A stretch of 64,000 nucleotides of DNA from Octopus sinensis (GCF_006345805.1 NC_043003.1:41850001-41914000); one strand, 5' to 3'; shown: positions 11,378 through 26,399, numbered from the stretch's first letter. Made by a program: numbers and translations. The notes: generated by a model not told the origin, from the sequence alone.

Positions 11378-12499
11378 TATGTTTGTGTGTCTGAGTTTGT
11401 CTCCACAACATCGCTTGACAACCGATGCTTGTGTGTATAAGTTCCCGTAACTTAGCGGTTAGACCGATAGAAAAGTACTAGGCTTACAAAGAATAAGCTC
11501 TGGGGTCGATTTGCTCGACTAAAGGCGTTGCTCCAACATGGCCGTAGTCAAATGACTGAAACAAGTAAAAGAATAGAAGAATTTTACTTACAGAAAGTTC
11601 ATGATAGATACATACTTAAATTTTGTACGTGTGTGCGTATGTGAGTATGTTTGTGTGTATGTATGTGTGTTATTGTGTGTGTATGTTTGCGCGTGTCGTG
11701 CGTGCATCTGTCTGTGTTTGTGTGTGTGTATTTCACTGAATATGATGTGTCCCCATGAAATGTGTGACACAATTAAATGAAAGTCAACCTGAATTTCCCA
11801 CGTTTAAATATACCCGATCTGCACAACTTGTGTGTGTATGTGTGCGTGCGTGTATGTATGTATGTGCGTGTGTGTACGTATGCGTGCGTGTGTGTGTGTG
11901 TGGTGTGTGTGTGTGTGTGTGTATGTGTGTGTGTCGGTTTCTGTTTAATATTAATATTTGCACATTTTATAGATTATGTTAATGAAAGACGAAGTCGATG
12001 GCAACGACACAACGACTGCGACGATGACAAGAATGGCGACAACGACTATGTCAACGATGACGACGACGATGATGATGATGATGATGATGATGATAAAGGT
12101 GAGTCTAATGGCTGTGACGTTTCTGGTGTGAACTTGTTGCGTCGGAAAGCAATATGGAAATCAGTACCACGACATAACATAGGATGTAATGTCAACGTAG
12201 ATTAAACTTAATTAAGCAAGAAATATGTGCCGAAAATAGGAGGAAGATACGAGAAAATAATGCCAAGTGGATCTGTCAGTAGATATGTACGAGTTTCTAC
12301 ATGCAATGAATCAATGTCTAGCGAGATATTTGTAGCTTTCTTAGTTTTATTCTCCTTTTTAATTTGTGTTTTTTTCAGAAGGGGTGGGTTTACGTAGCAG
12401 GATTGATGTGTTGTGTAAGCTTCGACTAGAACAAGTTGTAGACGAGACGGTGAATGATAAACCGACTAAAGAAAAACGAGTAGAAGAAAAAGAAGAAGA

Positions 12500-12714
12500 A
12501 AAGAAGAAGAAGAAGAAGAAGAAGGAGAGGAGGAGGAGGGGGAGGGGGAGGGGAAAGGGAATGAGAACTGGATAGAAGAAAAAGTAGTAACGGTATCAGT
12601 AGTCTTCTGATCATCATCATCATCATCATCATCGTCATCATGGTTCACATCATCGTCTTCGTCATCATCATCATCGTTAGTGGTAGCGGTAGGATCCGCA
12701 TTTGTAGTAGTAGT

Positions 12715-12745
<31 letters not shown>

Positions 12746-12880
12746 TTAGTAGTAGTAACAGTAGTAGTAGTATTAGTAGTAGTAGTAGTAGTAGTAACAG
12801 TAGTAGTGCAAGTAGTAGTATTAGTAGCAGCAACGGGAGTAGTAGTAGTAGTAGTAGCAGTAGCTGTTGTTGTTGCTGTT
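12500..12880. repeat. Compound trinucleotide repeat block (AAG, AGG, TCA, TAG, CAG, TTG)
   Basis: Directly visible; source of the poly-S/T/V/L ORFs. Confidence 0.95.
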
Positions 12881-14083
12881 GTTGTTATATTTGTCGTCGT
12901 CTTATCTTCCAATTTCTTTCTCTGAGTTATTTATTTGTATGTGTGAGTACTCTACAACACTTAACAATGCTGCTATTTTCTCTTTTATGTGTAGTTGTTT
13001 AAATCCTGGAGTTTTTGGCTCTATATTTATTTACATACGTTTTAATCATTGCCAAGGCTCCTGTTTTTCAGTAGATGTATTTTTATTTTCCAGTCTTCAC
13101 ATTTGGGTTATCTCTATTTCCAGATCTATATACCGTACTATTTTTGTCATTGCCTTTTATTAGTATGCTGTCTCCGGTTGTAATTCGGCGACATTTGTTT
13201 CTATAGCTGTCTTCGGTTAAATATCTCATCGATAAGCCTTAGTCTTCCTGTCGCTGTAAATTCTTGGTGTATTTTATTCATTTAACTTATTCCCAACTTT
13301 CTGTCATATTCAGAATATCCATCTTTATTATTTTCTAAAGATTGTTTCATATTTCGTTTTATTCACATTTACGTTTATGTTGCTTTGGTTTCAAATTTTC
13401 TTTTCCGGTGTTCTCTTGTGCTATGATATTATTTTAATGTTTCTGTCTCGTCTTTTATTTTGCTTGCTTTGGGTCTGCCTTTTGTGATTTTAATTCTCAA
13501 GATTGTGAACTTGATGGATTTTATGTTGTCTCATATTTCTTTTTTTTTTTTAACATATATTTATTTAATCTTTGGTTTTATTTCTTGCTTTGTTCTGTAT
13601 TCTTTTCCATAGTCTATTACTAATCTGATATTTTTTGGTTTTGAGCGCATATAATTTTACATATCCTTGACTGATGGGGTTTCTAGTTACTTTTAGATCC
13701 GGGTTATTTTCTCGTTAGATATTATGCATGCATTTCGTGGTAACTTCATTTCTTATGTAGATTATACTATCATATATTTCAGGGGTATCCAAAAGTATTC
13801 ACCAGTCTCAAATTATATTCTTTGTACCTTATTTGCTGTTCGTCAAGAATCCTATCTTTTTTTTCAATTGTTTTCCTATTTATCAAGTTCCAGCTATTTA
13901 TTCTGGTGACATGTTGCTTGCAAGTCCCACCTTTGTAGTTTCACTCAGGAAATTCGAAGTAATGTCTCCGGTTTTAATTAAGGATCGAATGACGCATGTT
14001 TCAATATATTTTTTCTTTTATCATTTTAATTTTATTTGGTATTATTTGCTGCATGTGAAGGCAGCGTTAAGACAGAATGTTAA

Positions 14084-14290
14084 AGCAGAATCGTTAGCAC
14101 TCCGGGTGAAATGCTTAGTGATATTTCGTCTGTTGCTACGTTCTGAGTTCAAATTCCGCCGATGTCGACGTTGCATTTCATCAACTCGCGTTCGATAAAT
14201 TAAGTACCAGAGAAACACTGGGATCGATGTAATCGACTAATTCCCTCCCGCCAAATTTCAAGCCTTGTACCTTTAGTAGAAAGCCTTATT
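14084..14290 (+). mobile_element. SINE family B (best copy in window)
   Basis: GCAGAATCGTTAGCACTCCGGGTGAAATGCTTAG..TTCTGAGTTCAAATTCC (B-box-like GAGTTCAAATTCC)..TAAGTACCAG..GCCTTGTACCTTTAGTAGAAAG. Paralogs at 18575, 63459 and 3075. Confidence 0.8.
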
Positions 14291-15154
14291 TATTACATGT
14301 AAAATATATCTTCCAAGCCATGTTTTGTTTTGTGTTACGTTTGTGAGTTGCGAGTCAGTCATTTTTGCAAACATTTTCAGTACATTATTTATGTGTAGCA
14401 AAAAGCAATAATGTTTTACAAATAAATTTATTGATTTGTTACAACTTTCACATAATTACTTTCGATTTTCTTCATTGTAATTTCCTCAATATTAACAGTT
14501 ATTTATGGAGAAAACAAATACTTTTCTATGATTATTAATTACCAACTCATAGTTATGCAATAGTAGTTGATATTTTTGCAGTAGTATTAGCATCAGCAAC
14601 GGCAGCAGTAGCAGCAGCAGTAGCAGCAGCAGTAGCAGCACAAGTAGCTATAACTGGAGTTGTATAAAGATGAGACAGAATATCTGAAATGAAAAGAAAC
14701 AATAAAAAGCAGGGTATAAAGAAGAAATCCATATTTAAAAAAAGCAATTACAACGGATATAAAAGGAAAACAACTACAGCAGAAACACAAATGCTATAAC
14801 ATCAACGCCACGGAATATTAATAAAGATATAGATAATATATTTACATCACTGTAACATACATTTGTTCGTTTGCTGTGACAATTGTAATGTAACATCTAG
14901 ATGTGTGACATTAACTGTGTTGCGTGATGCTTGACGGTGTCACAACCTCTACTTATTTACCTGAATGTCCAGGTTTATATACAAGGATAATTACTGCTTT
15001 GAAATTATTTTCAATCGTAGATACATCTCTTATTCATCATATATTCAAAACAAAATTTCTAAGGAACTGTTCTAAAGAGAACGAAATATTTTCAAACTTC
15101 ATTCTATAATCTCCGAGTAAAACTTATCCGAAATTTTTTATTTGTCGCTTATCT

Positions 15155-15600
15155 TCTTTAATCTTTAATCTTTTACTTGTTTCGGTCATTAGTTTGCGGC
15201 CATGCTGGAGCACCGCCTTGAAGAATTCTAGTCGGAGAAACCGAATCCAGTACTTCTTTTTTAACCCTAGTATTTATTCTGTCCGTCGTTTTCTGCCGAA
15301 AGACTAATTTACGGGGACGCAAACACAGCAACACCGGTTGTCTAGGGGTGGATGGGACTAACACAAATGCACACACGCGTATATGTATATGTATGTATAT
15401 ACGTGTGTGTGTGTTTGTGTGCCTGTGTTTGTATACGTATATATGAGGGATTTCTATCAATTTCTGTCTACCAAGTTCACTGAAAAGGCTTATGTTGGCC
15501 CTAGGCTATAGTAGAAGACACTAGCCCGAAGGTACCACGCAGTGGATCTGAACCCGGATCCATGAGGTTAAGAAACAAGCTTCTTACCATACAACCACGC
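15155..15600 (-). mobile_element. SINE family A with internal microsatellite
   Basis: Reverse complement of head, body and tail is present; a CA/TA/TG tract lies at about 15370-15445. Confidence 0.8.
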
Positions 15601-16894
15601 GTGATAAAAGGCATTAAGTAAGATCAACTACACAATTTTAGTAAATTTTAGCCACGAAACTTGTCTTTCCAAAACACTATTTCGAAAATTTGTGTGATGT
15701 ACAGATTCAAAATTTTCTTTTCAGTATAAAATTCTGAAAATTAATGCGTAAGAATTTAAAGTATAAGAGGAACTATTATATACAATATTATTCAGGATAT
15801 GTAAGATATACATATATTTAGTATACTAGTGTATATTTGTGCATTGCATAGCTTTTCGTCTAGAGATTTACGTGTGCATTCCTCAAGTTTTCAATAAAAC
15901 GAAAACGATATTAAGACCGATTTGGGAATTGTTTATATTTTCCACTTCTTGAAGCCGTTCTGCTAGGGAATTAATGCTTTGATCTATGTAGGAATTGTTC
16001 CACGCATATATATTCCTACTTCGTTTCATGCAAATAGAAATTCCAAGACAACGTATATTTGATATGTCAGTGTTTAACATGTGATAACAAACATCTGGAC
16101 TACTTCTCCGAATGCATTTGCAATCTAGGATAAGCCATTTTGGACTGCTTTAATTCTTTTGCTTGCCTTCGTCAATATTTTGATGGCAAAATGTCATGCA
16201 GTACAGTATATCCGTCAGTATTCTCATGATAACTATCTCTGCTGATGACCACATTCGTCCTGCAACCGACAACGGCTGTTGCAGAAAATTCCACGAATCA
16301 ACAATGAAGAGGCAGAGATCGAATATGTGTCGAACATTTGGTTGTAGTATGCACATATCGACAGGATCATGCAGATGTTACTGCTGCTGCTGTACGCAGA
16401 GATTTTATATTCGATGACTATTATCATCTGGTAGCACTGTTGCCCCAAGCACTTTTCTCAGTTGTCTATAATCGCAAACACAAACGATCCATAGAAAATT
16501 ATAATGTTTTGTACTCATTAACGCCAAGAACATTCTCAAGGCCACGGGAGCTAATATCAACCGCCAACACTTTTTATCAGGTATTGCAAAACTAGAAAAA
16601 TAGTGTAATTGCAAAGTTGAAGTACGTTCAAAAATGGTTCTCGTCCCTTGAATTAAAACATACATACCTAGATATGTGTGTGCGCGCGCCTTCGTGTGTG
16701 TGTGTGTGTGGTGTGTGTGTGTGTGTGTGTGCGTGTGCGCGCGCGCGTGTGTGTGTGTGTGTGTGCGAGCGTGGGTGTGTATGTATATCTATATTTTCGA
16801 TTTATGCATATATCGACTGATTTTCAACATAGATATGCATACGAAATTTATACTTCTCTCCGTAATTCTCTCTTTCTTCTGTCTCTCTTTCTCT

Positions 16895-16943
<49 letters not shown>

Positions 16944-17747
16944 CATATGCTTACAGCCATACTGTGGGACTACGGTGAATAGATTGAGACGAAATTGTAA
17001 AACAAATACAAAATATATAAGTTTCGATACCTTCACAGTCTTGCATACATATACACTAAGACACAGAAAGATATATGCATTAATATTTTAATATATGTGT
17101 TGCTATGCATTGTTATTAGTTTAGCTGCCCTAACTTCTTAATATGGAACCATATGTTCAGATATACGTATATACTACATTCTATATGTTATGTAATTTAA
17201 CTCCGAAAAATTGCTACGGAATTTTAATTTACCGATATGTAGGAAATCCTTGCATGAATGATAATGTAATATCTATGAATCACTTCGGATGTATTCATAT
17301 GTATATTCTTTTGTTCGTTAATGCATTTCAGGCGAAAGGCTGTGGCCATGCCAAAGTACTGCATATATGTATTTATGTGAATTTGAATTTGAGGTGTATA
17401 TACATACATATGTGGCTGCTCACATATATGTAAATAACTATATTAAAAGTATTAATATTGGATGTTTGTATATTTATATATACATATTCATTTATTCTTT
17501 TATTTGCTTCAAGCCTTGCGGTTTCAGTCATGGTGGAGCGCAACTGTGCTCTTAAATATCTCTACATGATTCGCCAGATCTGGTCAACATGAAAGTACTA
17601 ATAAGGTACCTTCTCGGATTCCATATCCCTGTTCTTTACGTTTTTACATACATACATACATACATGCATACATACATACATACATACATACGTACGTACA
17701 TACATACATACATACACACATACATACATACATACATACACACACAC

Positions 17748-17796
<49 letters not shown>

Positions 17797-17797
17797 T

Positions 17798-17833
<36 letters not shown>

Positions 17834-17983
17834 CATATGCATACATGGGTACAGGACGTCACCAACTCTGTAAAAAACATGTAATATGACAATAAACGAG
17901 AGACAAACATGGAAAACAGGACAAGTAAACGCAGAGCAACGACCCTTCATGAGTTGTCAGATGTCTTTCTGCTCCTCATTTAC

Positions 17984-18036
<53 letters not shown>

Positions 18037-18574
18037 AGAGATAGACAGACAGACAGATAGACCGACAGACAAACAGACAGACAGACAAGCAGAGGGAAAG
18101 GGAGAGGCGGAGAAAGAGAGAGTCAAGCATACGCAACGTGATCGGATGGAATTTGACTGTTTCTATGTATTTTTCTTTTTTAGTTTCAAATACAGTTTGT
18201 ATTGGTGAACAGTCAATAGCGTTGGGAAAGGTAAAGATTAAATTTGTAGTTGAGAACAAGTTGGCATGCAGTACTGGAGCCATCTGGGCATAGGAAAAGT
18301 GCTACTTGTATCATGTTTTGCTGCGCAATGCTGTGTGAACTGCATATGGGCTGAAAGACATGACATGGGCAGCAGCAACGAAGACTATGAAACTGTGATT
18401 AGAAAGAAGGGACAGAGCAGGGGTTCTGACTGCGGGCTTGATCCCTGCATACCTTAACCGGGCCTTAGGCTCTGTCCTGATTACTATGTGAAACTATTAG
18501 AGACTGTGAACAACCCTTGGCTGTAGATGGTTGCTGATAGAAGCTAATTTGTGAGACGACTATATTTGACTCCT

Positions 18575-18776
18575 AGCTGGCAGCAACGTTACTACGCTAA
18601 AGGAAATGCTAAGCGGTATTTCGCCTGTTCTGAGTTCAAATTCCGCCGAGGTCCACTTTGCAATTCATCCTTTCTGGGTCAATAAATTAAATACCATTTG
18701 TGTTCTGGAGTCGATCTAATCTACTGGTCCTCTCCTGTCAAATTTCGGGCCTTGTGCCTCGAGTAGAAAAGAATAT
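18575..18776 (+). mobile_element. SINE family B
   Basis: AAATGCTAAGCGGTATTTCG..TTCTGAGTTCAAATTCCGCCGAGGTC, colinear with 14084-14290. Confidence 0.8.
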
Positions 18777-19464
18777 TTGACTCCTTGTCATACCTCTAGA
18801 AAGGCTAGAATTTGTTTCTACGGTATCACTTTCCGCTATTTGTAGCCATCCAATTGTAACTATATAGATTACAACATGTGGAACGCGGCTGAGAAAGATG
18901 TCAAACACATTGCCTGTAATAGCCAGGACGAACTGGTGACCAACACAAAGGAATTGCTTGTCGAACTAGCAAGGCGCGTGGCGCGGAGCGCATGCGTCAG
19001 TTTGCGGAGCTGTCTTCAGCTGAGGGAGGTAACTTTGAGTAAACTGTTATCTCCTGGCCAAAATTCAATTGATTTTAAGGTTTTAAAATACTGTTACTTT
19101 TGGATGAGATATTATTTGTTCCTTTATGCAAAATGTCAAATTTAACCATAAATCTTTGAGTGCAATTATATATAAATACCCCCACACATGCATGCTCGCG
19201 TACAAATACACACACATACACACACAAACACACACACATATACATACACATATATATGTATAAGTAACATTCACAAGCATTCGAACATATATTTATATAT
19301 ATTTTAAGCTTCAGATCTTCATTCGCCTCTCTGATCTGAAGAAGAATTACCTTGCCATGACACTGAGGGACTTACATTTAAAATGCGATTTATTCCACTC
19401 TACTTACAGTTTACCTTTCTTCCGTTCGAAAGCATTAGATGCCTGTGTCACATTACAATCAGTT

Positions 19465-19469
<5 letters not shown>

Positions 19470-19517
<48 letters not shown>

Positions 19518-19640
19518 TACATACATACATACATACATACATACACACATACATACATACATACATACATACATACATACATACATACATACATACATAC
19601 ATACATACATACATACATACACACACACATACACATACCT
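19470..19640. repeat. (CA)n plus (TACA)n microsatellite
   Basis: Directly visible. Confidence 0.95.
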
Positions 19641-20872
19641 GCAGGCCCACATATATACACCGATGAATAAATACATACATTCTTTCATACAAACGTACGA
19701 AAGGATGAAAGAAAAGGGGGACCACAGGAGAATGTGAAGAAATGTCTGGTGTAGTAAGGTTTCTGGCAAGTGGTCGCCTGATAGTTGAGATGAATAATGA
19801 TTACATTTTGCTTGACAAGAACTTCAGGCACGTAACCTACCTGAAAGTGTTGTTTACTCAGAGACGAAACTCAGAGTAACAATAGAATGACTATCCCTGA
19901 TTAAAAGGCATTATCTATCTATCTAGCTAGCTATCTATCAAGCTAGATAGCTCTATATATACAGGTTTGTGTGAGTTTGTGCATTGATGTTCGTATGTAT
20001 GCATGCATGTATGTTTTCATGATATCTTCAGAATGTTCACCAAGAAACTTTCAGAACAACCACAGACACGGGCAAAGTATACAAAGCAAGAACCATATTA
20101 GAGACGGTCAACGCACCATAGTCTTTGGAATAAATACTTAAATGAGAAACTTTACGGTACAAAACATAAAAACGTCGACGAAATTAGGGTAATCACAGAA
20201 TGACAATGAGCACAAAAACACACAAAATATTTCTTGACCATTGCGACTCCATTTGCGCTGCGTTATCAGCATGGCCTACAACACTTTGGCCATCAGTTTG
20301 AAAAGAGTTGTTCATAAGGTATTAATTCGGACTAGATGCTATTAACTTTTGGAAATGAGATATATACACTGACTGTGATTATGAGCACTAACTTCATAGT
20401 CTTTCAATGGGAACCGCAAGAAAATACGTGCGCTGACAGTGAGTGAAGATAAGCCTTCCGGTGTTTGAGTCTCTGGACAGTGTTTCAATCAAGAACTGAT
20501 GAGGTAATTACAATGAAATGTGACTAGGACGGTTTTCCTGCCCCAATGTGCTTTCGAATATACATCTAAGTGTGACGTTGCTGGGTATCACCTTTCAGTA
20601 TGTTGCAAACGCTGATTTAATAATTGAAAGCGGAGTCAAATTCTTTGTTACCCAGAACCTGAGCAGTCAATGGAAGTGTGAATGCACGCGATCATGTGGG
20701 CGAGTGTACGTCTGCGTGTGTGAGTGTATGTTACTTTGCGTGATTAAAGGTAAGTGGTGAGTGTACGTAAACTGTGTGTCTGTGCGTTGCGTAAATATTC
20801 TTATATATGTAATAAATAATTGCATATATGTAAATGCTTGTACGTATGTATGTACACTCAAACACACACACG

Positions 20873-20972
<100 letters not shown>

Positions 20973-21334
20973 TTCCTTTTATACTTTTACATGTTTCAGT
21001 GGAACAAATCCATTCCAGAACGTATTCTATCAGATTCTTTTTTGCTGGGGCTGCCTGCTGGAGCCTAGCGACAGGTATTTAATTGGAAAAATTTGACAAG
21101 TTAGTTAGTCACCGACTAACACTCGCTGGCGATACGTCGAAGAGGCCAGGGAAGAGAGAAAGAAGAAGAAAGAAAACGTGCACCCAACACCAGAGCTGAA
21201 GATACCTCCGAAGGGGCCTCGCCACGTCAAAACGGGGCCGAAATAGGACGTGATTCCTCCTGATGAGGTCTTGAGCTAACTGGATCCTACAAAGGAGCTG
21301 CTGTGGTAGCAGACCACGAAACACGGTTGTAATT

Positions 21335-21564
21335 CTTCCTGAGGTCGTAAACAAACCAGCATCCGTTGTCAAACGATGGTGTAGGACCAACCCAGACACA
21401 TACGCACACACATACAAAAATATCTAGATATTTATAAACGATGGGCTTCTTTCAGTTTCTGTCTAACAAATCCACTCAAAAGGCTTTGGTCGATCCCAGG
21501 CTACTGTAGAACCCTGATCTATATGCTTGGGAAGCAAGCCTCTTACCACATACCCACATAGCCA

Positions 21565-21565
<1 letters not shown>
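21335..21565 (-). mobile_element. SINE family A, 3-prime truncated
   Basis: Reverse complement of head (..GGAAGCAAGCCTCTTACCACA) and body (GGGCTTCTTTCAGTTTCTGTC..GGCTTTGGTCG). Confidence 0.7.
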
Positions 21566-21604
<39 letters not shown>

Positions 21605-22031
21605 TGTCGCCCATCCATATGTATATGCGTGCGCATGTAAATACAAATGCACATGCACACACACACACACACATACACACACAAACATTCACACACACAC
21701 ACTCATTCATACTCTCGTACTTACATACAGGCTCATTCTGTGTTTTAATATACCATGCAACTTGATATATTTATATAAAATTTGTGAAAGATATAAATGT
21801 ACTTTTCATTTTATTTAGACAAAACAACTGACACGACAAGAAAATATAATCTTCCAGTTTCCAGTGTATGCATGAATGCCTTGGTAATATTCTTGAGAAT
21901 AACTTCCCAAATATGTTTCCATTTGTTTTAACATTGAGGACAGTGCTTAAATATTTGGCTGACATGTTTATATATGTAAATACTTCCCTGAAGATTTCAG
22001 TGTGTGTATGTGTGCGTGAAATAATATTTGA

Positions 22032-22150
<119 letters not shown>

Positions 22151-22659
22151 TATGTATGTATGTATGTATTATGTATGTAAATTTTTTTTATATATACTTC
22201 TATCTAAAAATACCAATATATATATATGTGTGTGTGTATATCGTGTGTATATTTGTAAGAGCATCTATTGATGCAAATTTATATTTAATTATGTGTGTAT
22301 GTGTATTAGATAGTGTTCTACATGAATATGCCTTGCTGAAAGCACTCTTTCCCATACCTGAATTCATATATGCTTGTATGCAAACATATTTATACAGACA
22401 TATAATACTGCCTCATTTTATCTTAAGTGTGTCAAAAAGTTTGTAATATAAATTCATATTGTCATAGACACATATTTCAGTATATAGTTAAATTTATTAA
22501 TATGAATGGTTTCAATGTTTTGAAATAATTATATTTGTATAATTATGCGCCTGTTTTTACTCTCAGATATGTATGTGTGTCTTTAAACACACATGTACAC
22601 ACACACACACACACACACGAGGATATATATGCACACACACACGAGGATATATATGCATA

Positions 22660-23185
22660 TATGTATATGTAAGTGTGAGTATTTGTTCCAATGTGCACGC
22701 ACACCTGCAAATGCGCAAGCATAAAGTTGATTTGTAGTAGTTAATTTGGTGAAGATGGATTATAGATTTTAAGTAAAGTATAAATACTTTTATTTATTTC
22801 TTGTGAGAGTTATTAAACGAGTGATTAACACTCACACTGGTTACATTTCAGTTCTTCATTCTTTATCAATTAGTTAGCTATTTGACGAGGTTAGCTTCAG
22901 GATACTGAAATGAAATTGATATGTATATGTATATGTGAGTGCGTGTGCGTATGTTCGCATGTATCGCACACCTGCAAATACGCAAGCATAAAGATGATTT
23001 GTTGCAGGTAAGTAAGTGAACATAGTTTATCGATTTTATGTAAAGTATAATTATTTTATTGAGTTCTCGTGAGAGTTATTAAACCAGTGATAAACACGCG
23101 TCCTGGTTACATTTCAATTGATGCTTCTTTATCAATTGGTTAGCTATTCATCGAGATTAGCTTCAGGATACTGAAATGAAATGGA
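22660..23185. repeat. Diverged tandem dimer, unit about 267 bp
   Basis: GCACACCTGCAAA occurs at 22699 and 22966; CTTCAGGATACTGAAATGAAAT occurs at 22895 and 23161. The units are colinear between these anchors. Confidence 0.85.
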
Positions 23186-23652
23186 TTCAGACCATGTTTA
23201 TTTTAGATGCAATGACCCTCTCGATATACAGAAAATATCAGCTTCAACACACGAACAAACTTCAAGAATCTTCCAAAAGAAAAAAGAAAATTCCAAGACG
23301 GTTCAACAGTTTGAGCGAATTTTTAGTTAAAGAATTATTGCATCAGCAATAGTTCAGAATATTTCGTGTCTATAAATTGTATATTTCGAAGAATGGCCAC
23401 AATTTTATATGTATTTGAAGCAATCTTTAAATGTACAGTCCTCCCACTGTTCTCTAGCACTCTCCAATTTATTACACTTGTATTCTAACAACACCAACTA
23501 AGCCGAAACTTCGAAGTCATTACGGATGTGATTATGATTAATATGTGACACTAAACTTTTAATAAGGCCATGTTCAGTTTACAACTATAACAATATGTGA
23601 GTGTATGTATATATATATATATATATATATAAATATTTTTAGATACATATAG

Positions 23653-23683
<31 letters not shown>

Positions 23684-24059
23684 CAAACATATGTTTATGT
23701 GTATTTATATATATATATATACAACATATGTTTATGTGTATTTATATATATTATATATTATATATATTATATATATATATATATATACTTAAATATATAC
23801 CTATATGCTTGTATGTGCATGTTTATAAACATATATGTATGCTTGATGTAATGTAGATATATATGGGCTTCTGTGTCTATATATTATTCATTTGTGTAAG
23901 CATATACATTTGAATGGCTCCCAAAGAGACCTATATTCGTATATTACTGACTTCATTAATATAGATTAGTGCTAATGAAATGCATTTATGTACTTATATA
24001 TGTGTATTAGTGTGTGTGTTTATGTATGTATGTGTGTGTGCATCGATATATCTATCTAC

Positions 24060-24188
<129 letters not shown>

Positions 24189-25016
24189 GGAGAAATTGAG
24201 AGAGTGAGAACTGCGTATTTATGGATTTTCATGGAATTGTTTTAGCCAGCATTTGTCTGTGGGTTCATAACAAGTTTTGTTTTAATGACATATATATACA
24301 CTCATTGACTTTTGGGCAAATACTTTCGACTCTCTTTCGACAGAAGAGTTCCATCATTGTCTGGATTGATTGATGAAAGTGAAGCAACTCGAAGTGCAAC
24401 ACCGTATCTATTCTCAGTTTCAATTAAATGAAAATTTGTAAACTTCATTGCCGTCCAAATGAGATCAGATAATAAGTTGGCCTTATCATTTCTATATGTG
24501 GGCGTGTGTGTGAGTGGGCTGAAGGGCAGTTGGGATGTTTGGGAGTGGTTACAACCGATAGCGTATTCTCTTTCCAATAAGCAATTCGGTTCTACTGATG
24601 GTGAATGAATATGTCACTCTGTGAGTTGTAAAGTGGTTTTTGTTGGAAGGTGTTATTGTTGCTAACTGCGTTGTGTTGCTGTCGCTCTTTGTGGTGTTAA
24701 TTTTATTATTGTGGGTGTTGTTTGTCGTGTAGGTGTTGGTGTTTGTGTAGGTAGTGGAGGTAGTTGTAACAGTAGTGGCAGAGATTGTTATTTGTTGCAG
24801 CGATGGTGTTGTTGGTGGTGATGTAAGTAATTGGAAGAATTAATGCAAAACGTTGGGTAAATAGATTACAGCAAAAGATTCATCAAATCTTAGTACTTGT
24901 GTACGTTAACGTTTCCGTCTTTGTTTGTTTCTTTCTTTTTTTCCCTCTTTCTCTTTCTCTCACATCTATCTCTATACATTTCGTTCTTAATATACATATA
25001 TACATACATATATATA

Positions 25017-25062
<46 letters not shown>

Positions 25063-25129
25063 CTGTGTGCGCACGTGTGTTCCTCTGTATGCGTGTGAGT
25101 GTGTATATCTATTTCACTTACTTTCTGTT

Positions 25130-25375
<246 letters not shown>

Positions 25376-25592
25376 TCTATATATATATAGATATATATAT
25401 ATACATACATATATATAAATAATTATCTCTCTCTCACTCTCTCTCTCTCTATATATATATATATATTATATATATATATAGATTTATAGATATATATAAA
25501 TATATATATATAGATATATAGATATTTATTTATATGTATGTATGTATATATATACACAACACAGATATAAGTATATACTGGCATATATATAT

Positions 25593-25645
<53 letters not shown>

Positions 25646-26152
25646 AGGTAGATACTTATCTGCCTTTATCTGTTTATAGCTGTGTATCAAATAAAAACGC
25701 CTCCAATAACAATGAAGTGTCTGACAATCATATACGAACGCCATACAATATATATCTATGTATCTCAATGCGTTATGTTTATTTAAATATGTGTACTGGA
25801 GTGAAAGGGCCCCTCATTAATCACAAAATTAATCAAATTCACTTCATAAATGAGTCATTAGCTTCGTAGAATATACTTGAATCTCATATGCTGTGATTTA
25901 CATATATCATTAAGTGGCCATTCGGTCATATGAATACATTTCTGCTTAGATCTTCGCGCCCACATACACAATCACCAACAATAACCCACATACACAGGCA
26001 CCACGCATATATGCATCCATATATACACTTAAGTATGTAGACATATATATCTATACATATATGTATACATACATACACAGATTACTTACATACATAAATA
26101 CATACAGATATACATACATATGTATACACACACACACATATATATATGATAG

Positions 26153-26203
<51 letters not shown>

Positions 26204-26399
26204 GATTCACAAACGGATACCTGAATAAATAATTAGGTATGCAGATACAGGTAGATACGCAGATATGTTACTGAGGTTAATTGTACATATCAATGAATAT
26301 GCGTATGTACCCATACACGTGCCCACGAACATAGCACTTTCATATAAAATTCATAAAAAATAAATCATTAGTGATGTTTTCTACGGACAAGGTTTGCTT

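Larger units (their letters stand above)
9016..11585 (+). mobile_element. SINE family A copy split by a 2.07-kb insertion
   Basis: Head at 9016-9053. The SINE resumes at 11122 (AAGTAGCTTGCTTACTAACCACATGG..GGTTCAGTC), has internal (TA)n(TG)n at about 11262-11372 and ends with the tail ..ATGACTGAAACAAGTAAAAGAATAGAAG at about 11580. Confidence 0.9.

Noticed and set aside
12360-12480. Possible exon (TTTTTTCAG acceptor, GTGAAT donor)
   Set aside because: Splice-like motifs alone are common here, there is no recognisable peptide, and it is flanked by simple repeats.
12900-14000. T-rich stretch resembling an antisense L1-type ORF2 remnant
   Set aside because: Only a compositional hint; no intact endonuclease or RT motif could be read.
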